This document shows, one piece after another, positions 32,705 through 46,107 of a stretch of DNA of 64,000 bases. Each line of letters begins with the position of its first letter. Within the stretch, counting starts at the first letter, position 1. The translations under genes and the position numbers were made by a program. The notes below the pieces were generated by a model. That model did not search any database. It saw only the letters and a program-made list of their open reading frames with translations, and was not told where the DNA came from. Source of the DNA: Squalus acanthias (taxonomy: Eukaryota); NCBI GenBank assembly GCA_030390025.1, contig CM059431.1, positions 133,426,001-133,490,000 of the forward strand, read 5' to 3'.

Positions 32705-34444
32705 GGGCTGCATTTTCCCAGTGGAGGCGGGTTCACAGCGGGAGAGCTAGTTGGCGGGTTCCAGTCCCACTCCCGGCTCCAGCTGCTCTCTGTAAACAAT
32801 TTTGCGCTGATTGGGCTTGTTAAGCCCGCCGTGCACGTTACCCGGCCCAATTACAGGGTGCAGGTCTGTTGAGGTCCTCTGATGATGCGTTTGTTGCTGG
32901 ACTACTTAAGGGGGCCATGTCCCCATTTGCTCTCCATTCTGATTTGATACTCCTGAGTGCTGCTTCTTTGAGAAATGACTGCAGAGAGACCATTTTGAGC
33001 AACCCTATTGTTTGCTCTATGACACTTCTGGTGGAAATGTGGCTTTGATTGTAACGCTCCTCAGATTTGTTTGATGGCCTCCTCAATGGTGTCATTAGCC
33101 ATGTCTTCAGGGGATAGCCCTTGTCTCCAAGGAGCCAGCCGGAAAGTTCATTTGGCGGAGTGAAGAGCTGAGGGACAGTGGAGCGGCGCAGGCTGTAAGA
33201 GTCATGGCAGCTGCCAGGGAACTTGGCGCACACATGCATGATGCTCTTCCTATGGTTGCAGACCAGCTGCACGTTAAGGGAGTGGAAGCCCTTGCGGTTG
33301 ACTGCTGGGTTGTGATGGGGTGCCCTGATGGCCACATGTGTGCAGTCGATGACGCCCTGCACCCATGGGAAGCCAGCCAGATTGACAAAGCCGAACACCA
33401 GCTCCGTAACACTGGCTTCATCAGTGGAAAAGCGGATGTAATTGGTGGACTTGTCAAAGAGGCCATCGGTAACCTGCCTGATGCATCTGTGGGCGGCCGA
33501 CTGGGAGATGCCGCTAATGTCTGCTGCAGATCCCTGGAAGGACCCCGACGCAAAGAAGTTGAGTGCAGTGGTGACTTTGACAGCCAGTGGTAACTGGTGT
33601 CCACCTGCTCCTTTGGGCTGCAGGTCTTGATCGAGCATTGTGCAAAAGTCTGCGACTACCTCTCGCAAAAGTCTCAGCCTCCTTTGGCACTGCTGCTCAG
33701 CCATGTGGAAGCTCACCCTCTGCCTGTAAACCCTGTGTTGGGGGTATCTCCTGCAGCATGGTGCAGCCCTGCACTGATGGCCTCTTCCCTACGCAGCATC
33801 AGGTGGTTGAGGAGAAGGTTGCTGCTCTTGTTGTTGGTGCTGCTGGTGTGCCTGGTTCTGCTGCTGTTGCGGCTGATCCTCTTCAGATTCTGAGGACCAG
33901 GGTGAGAGAGTATAAATGGTTCCCATTCTGCTGTTATATATGGCAGTTGAGGATGAGATGTTAGAAGCCGCCAGTCAATGGGGAGAAAGGTTATTTCAAG
34001 GTGGTGACAGTGCATATAGAGTTTACACCACACACTTACAACCTCAATACAGATCAAATGTGTCTTCCAAATCCTGAAATCAGCAACTTCTGACATTTGA
34101 AAGTGAACAGATGTGAGAGGTTAGCTTTTATACTGCAGTTGCAGCTGTGAACTATTCAGCTCGCTGGAACGGCTGACATATTTACCTGATGTGATCTCCG
34201 AATGACGTGAAACCCGTTGAAAATGTGGGAAAATAGAAAAAGGCTGGCAAAATAGTAGTTAACAAGCAGTTAACTATCTTCAATGCCTCCCATGCTGCTT
34301 GGTGTCGAGTCTGTTCTGAAAAGCGCAGACCCGACACTTTGGGAACTTACATGGAGGCGGGTTCGCAGCGGGTTCCCAACCCGCCATCAATCATTTCAAA
34401 TTTAACAGCTGACCCACCTCCGAACCCACCCTCTGAGCGCGGCC
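32705..34444 (-). mobile_element. Harbinger deletion derivative with truncated transposase (32838-33716)
   Basis: [33 protein letters not shown]; left TIR GGGCTGCATTTT, right TIR eroded. Confidence 0.82.
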
Positions 34445-35659
34445 TATATTTCTTGCTAGTTTACTCTCATTCTATTTTCTCCCTCTTCATAAATTTTTTG
34501 CTCATCCTTTGCTGGTTTCTAAAACTCTCCCAATTCTCAGGCTTACTACTTTTCTTGGCAACGTTATAAGCCATGGATGGATCACTTTTACTGCAAAGTT
34601 TTTATTTCTCAATGGAATGCATATTCATTGAGGATTATGATATATTTCTTTAAATGTTCACCATTGCTTATCCACCATCATACCTTTTAATCTAATTTCC
34701 CAATCTACCTTAGCCAACTCACCTCTCATACCTAGGTAATTGGCTTTATTTAAGTTTAATATCTAGTTTCAGACTTAAGTACATCCCTCTCGTACTCAAT
34801 GTAAAATTCTATCATATTATGATTACTCTTCCCTGGAGGATCCCTTGCTATGAGATTACTAATTAACCCTGTCTCTTTACGCAAGACAAGATCAAAAATA
34901 AACTCTTCCATGGTTGGTTCTATGGCGTATTGTTCTAGGAAACTGTCTCGAATGCATTCCATGAACTCGTCCTCTGACTACTTTTGCCAATTTGATCTGT
35001 CCCGTCTCTATGAAGATTAACGTCCCCCAAGATTATTGCATTACCTTTGTTACAAGCTCCTCTTATTTCTTGATTAATACTCTGTTCAACAGTATAGCTA
35101 CTGGGGGCCTATAAGCTACACCTAACAGTATTTTCTGCCCCTTGTTATTACTTATCTGCACCCATACTGATTCTACTTACTGCTCTTCCGAGCCAAGATC
35201 TTTCCTCACTACTGTCCTTATGTCATCCTTTATTATCAGGGCTACCCCCGCCTCCCCCCCACCCCGAACTCTTCTATTTTGTTTGTCTTTCCGAAACATC
35301 AAGTACCCTGGAATATTTTGTTCCCAACCTTGGTCACCATGCAACCATGTCTCTTAAGAGCTAGTAGATCAAACCCATTTATCTCTATTTGTGCCCTTAA
35401 TTCATTTATCTTGTTACGAATGATTTGTGCATTCAGTTACAGCACTTATGATTTTAACTTTTTTATCATTTTCCCAGATTTCACCTTATTCACTGATGCA
35501 CTTTTACCATTAAATTCTCCGGGGGAAAAATTCAGTACCTTAGTGCCTCCCATTAGCACCAGCAGATGGCGCTAATGGGGCACTAGAGCATTATTGCTCG
35601 GGCAAGGTGAATCCAATGCTGCACACCAAATCCACCTCCCCCACCCCCGCAGCGCCGCC

Positions 35660-37208
35660 GATGCATTTTGGCAGAAGGAACAGGGAGAGGCAATATACAC
35701 TTAATGGCACAGTTTTAAAGAGTGTGCAGGGACAGAGGGACCAAAGAGTTAATGTGCATAGGTCCCTGAAGGTGGCAAGAGATATTGAGAGAGTGGTTAG
35801 CAAAGCATATGGGATCTTGGGCTTCATAAATAGAAGTATTGAGTACAAAAGTAGAGAAGTTATGCTGAACCTTTATAAAGCGCTGGTTAGGCCACAACTG
35901 GAGTATTGCGTCCAGTTCTGATCACCACACTTTAGGAAGGATGTGAAGGCCCTTGAGAGGGTGCAGAGGAGATTTACCAAAATGGTTCCGGGGATGGGGG
36001 ATCTTAGCTACAAGGACAGGTTGGAGAAGCTGGATTTGTTTTCATTAGAGCAAAGGAGGTTGATTTGATAGAAGTGTACAAGATTATGACGGGTTTGGAT
36101 AGGCTAGACGGGGAAAGGCTGTTCCCACTAGTTGATGGTACAAGGACAAGGGGACACAGATTTAAGGTTTTGGGCAAGAGATACAGGGGGGGGGTGAGGG
36201 AAAACTTTTTTACACAGCAAGTGGTGAGGACCTGGAATTCGCTGCTGACGGACGCGGTGGAGGCGGAGACACTCAATGTTCTCAAGGGGAGACTGGATAG
36301 GCACTTGAGGGAAATAAACTTGCAGGGCTACGGGGATAGAGCGGGTGAATGGGACTGACTGGATTGCTCTACAGAGAGCTGGCACAGACTTGATGGGCCA
36401 AATGGCTTCCTTCTGTGCTGTTATGACTCTATGACTATATGAGCTAAAAATTGAGTAGCTCCCCCGTTGGGGTACTAATGTCGTTGGGGCACTAATTTTA
36501 GCGCCCCGGAAAAATTAGCACCCCCGTGACGGAAATTGAGTAGTAGCACCCCAAGAGGGAAGCGGGGCGCTACTGGAAGCGCCCCACCTCCCCCTTGGAG
36601 CTCTGCAAGGGAATATCGCGGTGCGACATGCCACAGCGCCGTGCCTCAGTATTGCAGGCCTTCTTAAAGGGGAGGGACCTTCCGCAGCATGACCTGGGGC
36701 CCAGCTGGGCCCCCGGGGATCGGGAGTGCCGGCAAAAGAGCCCGGCACTCAAAAGAAGTGCCGGGCTCATGGAGCGCAGCCGGCACTCCGCGGTGGGGGG
36801 TGGGGGGCGGGTAAGGAGGCCGGGGACGGGAGTGGACGCAGGTGCTGGCAGGCGGCCAGCAACAAAAATGGCGGACCCACACCTCGCCTTTAAATAGCGC
36901 CTCCCCGGCCGCAGGTCGACCCCCCTGACCCCGTCGGACATAGCGTCCGGCGGTAAGTCAGGGGGCGCTCCTGAAGATCGTGGCCGGGGCGCGGGCGGGG
37001 TGCTGTGTACGGCGATGATGTCATCGCCGGCGGCGTAGCGCCACAGGGGTGCTACCGGTTACCGCCGCTGCTAACCTCCCGCTGAATTTCGCGGGAGGCG
37101 TTGGCGGTGCCTGCGCCCGGGCGCTAGTTGCTTTGCACCCCGTTAGCGCCCTAAGAGGGCACCAACGGGATACTCAAAGCAACCAAATTTTTCCCCCTAT
37201 GACTCTAA
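35660..37208 (+). mobile_element. 5'-truncated CR1 with MITE in its tail
   Basis: MHFGRRN...LEYCVQF; RGHRFK; (ACTCTATG)-type tail on both sides of 36441-37197. Confidence 0.85.
36441..37197 (+). mobile_element. Non-autonomous Harbinger (MITE family 2), GC/CpG-rich
   Basis: Ends GAGCTAAAAATT / AAATTTTTCCCCC; TSD TAT; inverted homolog at 40473-41246. Confidence 0.88.
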
Positions 37209-37572
37209 CAGTTATCGCCGGGAGCCTCAACACCAGGTGGATTGTGACATCAGTGAGTGTGCAATGCTCACTCACTGCCCGATCTGCGAAATTGATTGTC
37301 ACCAGCTACCTTAGTGCCTGGAGGAAACAACAACAGGGAGAGGTGGTGTGAAGCAACAGGAAGCTAGCTCCAGGGACATAATTTAAAGGGCTCATCAGTA
37401 ATGACTCGCAGCTGTAGGTTAGTGAATTTTCAGTGCTTTCTTGTCAGTTTCACATAGTGCAACAATCTCATTCTGTAATTTCAATGTTATTTAGTATCAG
37501 GAGTGTTGTGGCAACTAAAAAGTAACTACATTTATTCTTAAAAAAATCAAACTGCTACACTTGGTTACATTA

Positions 37573-38770
37573 ATGGGCGCTGTACTTTCAGTCAACCTCG
37601 CCCTCCAGGATCTATAGCGGAGGGAGCAGAAGCAGCGAGAAACACTGGAACATGTGCCCAGAGGGAGGAGGAGGGCCATCAGGGCTCTCAACAGGAGGCC
37701 TTACCCTCCGAGGGTATGCGAAGAGCACTTCTCCTACCTCCAGTTAAGCGAGGAGCAGTGTATGAGAAGGCTCTGCTTCACCAAGGAGGTGGTCACAGAA
37801 CTCTGCCACCTCCTGCAACCAGACTTGCAGTCTCAGATCAGGGTGACCACGGCTCTCTTAATGGTAGTCAAGGACACCGTCGCCCTCAATTTCTTCGCCA
37901 GTGGATCCTTCCAGTCTGCAACAGAAGACATAGCTAACATCTCGCAGTTCACTGTCCATCGCTGCATCCGGGAAGTCACAGAGGCTCTCTACAGTAGGAG
38001 AAGGGATTACATTTCCTTCCCCATCACCAGAGTGAAGCAGGACAAACATGCATGTGGCTTTGCCAGGATAGCGGGATTCCCCATGGTGCAGGGCACCATT
38101 GACTGAACCCACGTGGCTTTGCGGGCACCGCATAACAATCCTGAGATCTTCCGTAACCTCAAAGGCTACCACTCACTCAATGTGCAGTTGGTGTGCAACC
38201 ACAGACAGATAATCTTCAATGTCAATGCTCGCTATCCTGACAGCAGCCACAATGCCTTTATCCTGTGCCAGCACTCTTCCAGCCACCACGTCAAGCTCGC
38301 GGCTGGCTGGTTGTAGACAAGGGCTATCTGCTCTCCACCTGGCTCATGACTCCCCTCCGCAACCCCACCACTCCTGCCTAGCACTCATATAATGAGAGCC
38401 CTGCTGCCACCAGGAACATCATCGAGCAGACCATCAGCTTGCTGAAGCAATGGTTCTGCTGCCTTGACCGCTCGAGAGGAGCCCTCCAGTACTCAGCTGA
38501 GCGGGTGTCCCATTTCGTGGTGGTCTGCTGCATGCTCCACAACTTGGCCAACATGAAGGCTCAGCCCATGCCAGCAGGGATTGCGGGATCACTTCAGTAG
38601 GAGGAAGAGGGAGAGGAGGAGGAGGAGGAGGAGGACGAGGAGGAAGAGGAAGATGAGGAGGACGACGAGGAGGACGAGGAGGAGGAAGAACAGGAGGGAG
38701 GAGGCAGCCACTTAATCGGCCTTCCGGAAGAGCGGTCCATGACCGCCTGATCAGACTATGGTTCCAATGA
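37573..38770 (+). pseudogene. Harbinger transposase, multiple stops and frameshifts
   Basis: Collinear with 60497-61657: [35 protein letters not shown], acidic tail. Confidence 0.88.
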
Positions 38771-38957
38771 ATTAAACCCCAGATCCCCATTGCTCACCAC
38801 ATCCCCATCATTACATCCCTGTCGCAGGCCATATCACAGCACAAAGCTGAAATGAGACACACCACAAAAGAATCCAAACTGAATTAATAAATTTATCAAA
38901 AATCAGTGAACACATATTTACACCAAAAATATTAACTATTCACCCCTGTGCAATCAC

Positions 38958-40236
38958 TTAGTGCCTGTCATTACTGTGCCTTTGCCTACTCTAGTGCTCC
39001 TATGAAGTGTTGGCCCAGTGGCTGCAGCACGGCTGGTGGAAGGCTGCTGAGTGTCCATGTGGGAGACTTCAGATGGCCTTGCAGGACGCCCTCAACCGGC
39101 TCTGGGCCTGGAATGCCCGGCTGTAGACTGCACCATCTCAGCATGGGCGGCAGCAGTCTGGGCTGGCTGGATGACAGGCAGCGACAAGGGCAATGGCGGA
39201 GTGGCAGTGGTGGGAGCAGGAATGCTGTCATCCTGAGAGGTTCCTGCTCCACTGACCCACTGCCACTCCCCTGGGGCAGCACCTCAGCATCTCTAGCAAC
39301 CTGTTGGAGCACAGATTGCTGGCCTGCTGCAACACCGTGAAAGCCCCGGTCGACGGTGGTAGACCCAGCCACGATGGCAGCAGTCACAGCTTATGTGGCA
39401 TCAAGAAAAGACTGCATGAGAGCAGTCTGAGATTGGATGCCACCAAGCATAGACTGCATTACAGCACTAAGATGTTGCCTCGCTTCCGCCTGTGCTGCAA
39501 TGGAAGCTATCAGATCACCCATCACACGCAGCATCAGGTCTGGGTCGCCATGGTCTCTCTGGGAGTCTACCATGTAGGATGTGAGAAGAAGGAGTGGGGA
39601 TGAACATACCATTGTTGTCCCCAAGGGGGTCAACGTCACCGGTGGCCACGATGCCCACCACCTGGTGCCCAATAATCTACAGCACTCTATTTTCCAGCTC
39701 AGACAGTGGTTGGGTATCGGCTTGTCTCCCGCCTGTGTGCTCCTGCTCCCTCCTGTTGTGAGCCACCTTGGCCTGCAAGAGAAAGGAAAGTTATGAGTGA
39801 GTGTGGAGCAATGTGTTTGGGTGATGTGCCTGCCGTAGTTGAATAGCTGTCATTGTGTGCAAGGTGTGAGATGTGGGTGTGAGTGTTGGTAGAGATTGTT
39901 GGTAGTGAGCGCTGGGGGTGTGGTGCTTTGGGCAGTGTGTGCAGACTGTGGTTCAGACAGTGATGTGTAGCATTTGTTGAAGCATTCACTCACCCTGACC
40001 ACCCGAGTGAGGTTGTTAAATTTCTTCCTGCACTGTGTTTGGGTCCTGGAGACCACAATGCTGCCCGAGATGTGCTGCACTACCTCCCTCCACATGGTGC
40101 GGAAGACTTGCGGCGAGGACCTCCTGCCACTTGCCAGATAGAGCACCGTCCTCCATCTCTCCACAGCGAACACCAACACCTCCAATGCTTGATCGTAGAA
40201 TCTGCAGGTTCTGTCCCTAGGGAGTGGATCTTCCAT
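38958..40236 (-). pseudogene. Harbinger Myb-like gene, decayed, spliced
   Basis: RFYDQALEVLVFAVERW...WREVVQHIS...QCRKKFNNLTRVVR then GTGAGT donor; C-terminal GQQSVLQQVA..AEVLP. Confidence 0.82.
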
Positions 40237-40472
40237 GAGTACAGCTGCTTCAGTCCTCCGGCTCCTTCTCCTTGACCTGCTTCTGCTTGCTGAGGCAGCT
40301 GCACAGCCAGCAATGCTGAGAATGAGGTTCTGCAGCATTATCGAACCTCCCCTTTAAGAACTGAAAAAAGCCTGTGGCAATCATGACTTGCAATTAGACT
40401 GCACCTGATATTGGTCCACCCTTTGATATTGGTCCACCCTTTGAATGTATCGTCAATGAGCCTGGGCTTTAG

Positions 40473-41246
40473 GGGGGAAAAATTCAGCTGCTTGCGCCTC
40501 CCGTTAGCGCCTTAAGAGGGCGCTAATGGGGCGTAAAGCAGCTAACGCCCGGGCGCAGCGCCGCCCACGCCTCCCGAAAAATTCAGCGGGAGGTTAGCGG
40601 CGGCGCCAGCCGGTAGCGCCCTGTGGCGCTGCGCCGCCGGCGATGACGTCATCACCGTGCGCAGCACCCCGCTCGCGCTCCAGCCGCGATCTTCAGTCGT
40701 GCCCCCTGATTTACCGCCAGACGCTATGTCCGACGGGTTCAGGGAGGCGTACGTGCGGCCGGGGCGGCGATATTTAAAGGGGAGGTGGCAGGCGGCCATT
40801 TTTGTTGCTGGCCGCCTGCCAGCACCTGCCCCCGTTGCTGTCCCCGGCCCCCGTGAAGCCCCCCCACCGTGAAGTGCCGGCTGCGCTCCAAGAGCCCGGC
40901 ACTTCTCTTGAGTGCCGGGCTCTTTTGCCGGCACTCCCGATCCCTGGGGGCCCAGCTGGGCCCCGGTTCGCGCTGCGCAGGGTCCCTCCCCTTTAAGAAG
41001 GGGAGGAAGGCCTGCAATACCGCGGTGCGACGTGCCGCAGCGCGTGGCGCTGCGGCACGTAGCGCCAGGATATTCCCTCGCAGCGCCCCAAGAGGGATGC
41101 GGGGTGCTTCCAGTGGCGCCCCGCTTCCCTCTTGGGGCGCAACCACTGAAGTTCCGGCGCGGGGCCGCTAATTTTTTCGGGGCGCTAAAAGTAGCGCCCC
41201 GGCGAGGTTAGCGCCCCAAATGGGGCGCGACTCAATTTTTAGCCCC
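40473..41246 (-). mobile_element. Non-autonomous Harbinger (MITE family 2)
   Basis: Ends GGGGGAAAAATTCAG / CAATTTTTAGCCCC; flanks TAG/AAG; homologous to 36441-37197. Confidence 0.87.
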
Positions 41247-42176
41247 AAGACTTGAATTAGTGCTCCAATCATTTCTTTGAGCAGTGAGCATGAATTTTGC
41301 GTGCAGTCTAAAGCATTATTGCCTGGCGCTAATTCTCCAACTTTTCTAAAGATACCGGCCATTCCTGGGCTATAATGAATTTCTAGCCCCCTGTCCCTTC
41401 CTGTCACATTGCTTATCTTTACCCGAATCACTACACTGCTCTATGGCCTTGACTTTTCACCTAAGATTTATAAATTTCCCCTCACCTGAAGCCTCCCCAC
41501 CACCTTTTTAGTTTAAAGCCCTATCTACAGCCCTCGTTATTCAATTCGCCAGGACACTGGTCCCAGCTCCCTCTTTCCCCAGTACTGGTGCCAGTGTCCC
41601 ATGAATCAAAATCCTTGTCTCCCACACCACTCTTTGAGCCATGCGTTCAATTTTCTGATCTGTTTGACTCTATGCCAATTTGCACATGGCCTTTTAGGGT
41701 CTGCTTATTAATAATTTCAGCCCTAGCTCCTCAAACTCCCTTAGCAGAACCTCGTTCCTAGTTCTACCTATGTCATTGGTTCCTACGTGGACCACAACAA
41801 CAGGATCCTCCCCCTCCCACTCCAAGTTCTTCTCCAGCCGCAAGGAGCTGTCCTTAACCCTGGCACCAGGCAGGCAACACAACCTTCAGAACTCCCCATT
41901 CCTGTACCACTGTGTAAACTAAGGGGTGTGACTGCCTCCTGGATCAAAGTGTCCAGGTAACTCTCCCCCTCTCTGATGCCCTGCAATGTCTGCACCTCGG
42001 ACTCCAGCTCAACAACTCTGAGCTGAATTTCCTCGAGATACAAACATTTACTGCAGATGTGGTTGTCCGGGATCGCGATGCTCTCCGCAAACTCCCACAT
42101 GCTGCAGTTGAGGCACACCTCCTGCACTGCCATCCCTATATAACCTTGTTTTATTTATTTAATTAATTAAAGTTTT

Positions 42177-43886
42177 GGGCTAGAAATTCATCTCCTTACC
42201 AACACTCCATAGCACCATGAAATGGCAATAAAATGGCGGCTGCCGCTCTTTTTCCAGCTGGCGGTGGGTCCCGCGGCGGCAGCCATATTGCTCTCCCCCA
42301 GTTACCGGCAGTGCCCTGGAAAAAAAATGGCGCCGTGGGGACGTCAATTGGCGTGCAATGCCAACTTAACATCACCAATGCGAACTTCAACCCTAGCGCT
42401 GACAGTGGAGATGTCTGCAGCTCTTAAAGGGACACACACATCATTCAGGTAAGTTTGAATTTAAGGGTTTGGACTAGGTTTTTTGATTTTATTGAAGTGG
42501 TGGCTTGCTGCATTAGACGTGAAAGGTTTTTTAAGTGTGTAGGAAGTGCTGCTGGATGCTTGCAAGGGCTTGGATGGTAAATGAAGGCCTTTGAGAAGAC
42601 AGAACATGCTGTGAATACTCAGCAGGTCACACAACATCCGTGGAGAGAAAAACAGAGTTCACGTCTCAGGTCGATAGCTGCCTGACCAACTGAGTATTTC
42701 CAGCATTTTATGCTGTCATTTCACATTTACAGCATCCGCTTGCAGAAGGAAGAGGAAGAAGCAGAAGTGGAGGAAGCTGAAGAGGAGGAATCAGATGGAA
42801 GGATGCATCCCAGACAGTCACTTTGTGGCCGGGATATCCGGGATGGAATTAGCTACCTGCGGTGGTAGCTGCCTGGGCAGGCTGCATTTCTTGGGTGTGA
42901 AATGAGGAAGGCACAAGGGTGGAGTTGTGCTGATGGGATGGTGGGAAAGCAAGAGGTGCATGCCAGAAGGAGGATAATGTAGAAGGATATCAGCATCTTG
43001 TATCCTTTCAGCCACGCCGCTGGCCAAGGGCTCAACCATGCCCCTGCCAAGAATGGCCTGCACTGTCACCTGCAAGGGGGTGAGGTGAGGCTAGGAATGG
43101 GAGATGTGCCTCGTCATTGGTGCAGATTGTTGGTAGGTGAGTGATTGGGGGTCGTGCATTGAGCAGTGTGTGAGGCTAGTGGTGCAGTTGGTAGGAGGCG
43201 GGTTTTGAAGATGCATTCACTGACCTTGACCACTGGTCTGAGGTCATGAAGCTTCTTTGGGCACTGGAGCCAGGCGGTGTGGCCTTAGTGATGTACTCGA
43301 ACATCGTTCTTTCTGGAGGGCCTCCTGGCCCCTGTGGATAGAGGGCCACTCTTGCAGTGTTGACCCCCTGCACAAAGCTGGAGTGCTGCGTATGAGACCC
43401 TCGGTGCCCCTTCCCTGGCTTGCTGAGCCATTTGTGTTAGTGCTGAGGCTGTTTTCCCATTTTTTGAGGTTAGGAATGTAATTCAGCTTTAACAGCTGAA
43501 TATTCACATTTGGAACTTCTTTTAAATGTTGAATATTTTTTAAAAGGCAGAAAGGGTTGAAAAATGTATTAATTAACTGCATTTTATTTTGTATTGCTTC
43601 AGTGTGCATGGCCCCTTTAAATCTCAGACCTCTTCATTGCCCACAATTCCTTGCGAGCTCCACAGCTTCGCCCACAGAGACTGTGGGAAGCTGCAATGCC
43701 GGACCTGGACAGGATCTTCATCCCGGATCCCTCCAGCAACACCACCAGGACGGCATTGCATTGAAGGTGAGCGCTGCACCACCTATCTCCATGCCCCCCA
43801 GACCAATTTCACTCGGTTAGCGTTGCAGCCATTTCCAGCGGCCGATGTCACCGGCAACTTTGCTGGCGAAGAGGAATTTTTGCCCC
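42177..43886 (-). mobile_element. Decayed Harbinger deletion derivative
   Basis: Ends GGGCTAGAAATTC / GAATTTTTGCCCC; Myb-like remnants around 43000-43440. Confidence 0.62.
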
Positions 43887-44603
43887 TATGTATTTAATCA
43901 ACTTAGCTTATATTTTCAGTTGTTTAACAACTTACTTGATCTAGTTTAAGTTCTAGGTAGATTAAATTAATTATTTACCTGTAACTTATCCTTTATACTC
44001 TCGGGCCACTCTCTCTCTCTCTCTCGCCGCTTCATTCTCTCGGGCCATCTCTCTCTCTCTCTCTTCAAAATACTATCAATACTAACAAAGCAGAGAAAAG
44101 ACTTTTAGCAGCTATATCGGGAACATCCCAATTAAATAATTTTGATCTCATGGACTGATTTCGATCACCTGAGGGGGTCGGAGAGCAATTTTTCTGTCAG
44201 TTTCTCGGGCTGATTAATTTCCATTGAGGGAAACATCTTTACCGGATCCCAAGCCGTTCCCTCCTCCCCTCCTTTCTTGGCCAATTCTTGGCCTGTTTTC
44301 ATTTCTCCGTTCTCTATTTTACTGGATCCGTCTAGATATATACCTTGAGAGTCTGCCTTTATTGGACCCTTACGCTGATGCTTTTCTCCCTGATACATCA
44401 GATTTCCTGCTAAGCTTAGCATATTTGGGTTGTGGTGGACCTAAATATCTCTTCCCTGCAATAACAGGGTTCACCGGGCTAAGCGGACGTTAGACACTGA
44501 ACTATCCTATAATTGCCTGTCTAACAACAACTCCGTTGGAGTGTAGTTGGTTAATAGATGCATCGGTGCTAATCCCACTATGTAAGTAAAATGCTTAATG
44601 GCC

Positions 44604-44775
44604 CTAACCACATTTAAAAAGTACTTGGATGTGCACTTGGGATGCTCTAACCTGCAGGGCTACGAACCAAGAGCTGGGAAGTGGGATTAGGCTGGATAGC
44701 TCTTTGTTGGCCGGCGCGGACACAATGGGCCGAAATGGCCTCCTTCCGTGCTGTAACTTTCTATGATCCTATGGT
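44604..44775 (+). mobile_element. CR1 3' end fragment
   Basis: TTTAAAAAGTACTTGGAT...GGCCTCCTTCCGTGCTGTAAC then TTCTATG-type tail. Confidence 0.75.
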
Positions 44776-45936
44776 GTAAGCATGCATTTCTTACTTTCTC
44801 CTCCCTCCTCACCACAACCCTACCCTTGTCCCTTTTTCCTTTCAGATACCCAAGAACTACAACCTGCTTAGGCAGTGGAGCAAGAAGACAGAGAAGAAGA
44901 CACACGCCACTCGATTTCACAATCGCAGCCACCAGCTCAGATACTGAAACTGCGCATAATTTAGAGGATAGCATAGAGGCAGGATCTGCAGGTGGTGAGA
45001 CACCAGACACAACTGCACTGGAAAGTTTGCCAAAGAGCCTGCATTCAATGTCAAGGAGCATTGAGGAGTCCGGCACCAACTTGGCACAGATCTTTGTGCA
45101 GAGCTTGCAGCTCATCCTTTCTAACATAGAACGTGGCTACCTCCAGCAGCACACCTGTGGACCAAACCATAATGTAACGTCTGATGGCCGATGTCTCAGC
45201 TTCCATTGCAGCACAAGCAGCTTCCACCAAATGTCTGAGTGCTGAGGAAGCTCAGACTCCTGTCGTGCAATCTCAGCTTGCTGCCATCATGGCTCTGGAA
45301 ACCACTGATCAAAGGGGCTTGCAGGGTGCCACAGCAAGCTGCTCTCCAACAGAGTATTAGGATTGCTGAGGTGCTGTCCCGGGACAGTGGCAGTGGCTCC
45401 ATGGAGTACGAACCTGCTGTCCTCTCTCGGGATGACAGTATTTGTGCTCCCACCCCTCCCACTCTGCCAGTGCCCTTGCTGTTGCCTGTCAGCCAGCCCA
45501 GACTTCTGCAGCCCAGGCTGGTGCAATCTACAGCCGGGCTCTCTAGTCCCAAAGCTGCTTGCGGTCACCCTCCAAGGCCATCTACAGTCTTCGCCACTGA
45601 AAGTCAGCAGCCTTCCACCAGCCATGCTGTAGCCACTGGGGAAGCACCTTGTCAGAGCACCAGGATGGGAAAAGGCACATGGAAGAGGCACTAAGTGAAT
45701 ACACAAGGGTGATTAATTTATTTTTTATGCACTATGGCACGATTTAATTTATAAATTTGGATTGGAATGTATATCTTTTGTTGGCTTTTGTTTTTGCATT
45801 GTGGGAAAGAGGACAAATTGATGGTAAGTGACAAAGGACGATGGAATTAGAAGTGACAGAGGGAAGGTAAGGAGTGTGGGACTGTTAGTGAATAGGGCGC
45901 TAACGGGAGGCGCAAATCAACCGAATTTAGCCCCCC
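44776..45936 (+). mobile_element. Harbinger fragment: Myb-like gene last exon and right TIR
   Basis: AEVLSRDSGSGSMEYEPAVLSRDDSI motif shared with 59159-60202; ends GGCGCTAACGGGAGGCGC...GAATTTAGCCCC. Confidence 0.75.
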
Positions 45937-46107
45937 AAGTGTCTTCCCCAATTGTTCCTTTACCTTTTCCAGTTCCCTCTTTAGATTAGATACCTCTGTT
46001 TCTAACCCTTGCTTTTCCTTCTCATCACTTTATTTTTGTTTACTGAAGGCTAATAGTCATAAGGCTTGTAGGGGGTGGAGTGGTAGGGTCAGCCTCACCT
46101 CTGACTC

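Larger units (their letters stand above)
35522..41390 (+). mobile_element. Decayed two-gene Harbinger containing a nested CR1 and two MITEs
   Basis: Ends GGGGAAAAATTC / GAATTTCTAGCCCC; flanks CCG/CTG; transposase (+) and Myb-like gene (-) convergent. Confidence 0.8.
32590..42170 (-). mobile_element. Decayed CR1 copy D (ORF1 and APE region) split by two Harbingers
   Basis: ORF1 pieces at 41694-42133 (CLNCSMWE, VHVGTNDIG); APE pieces at 34445-35520; sequence rejoins across 32705-34444 and 35522-41390. Confidence 0.78.
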
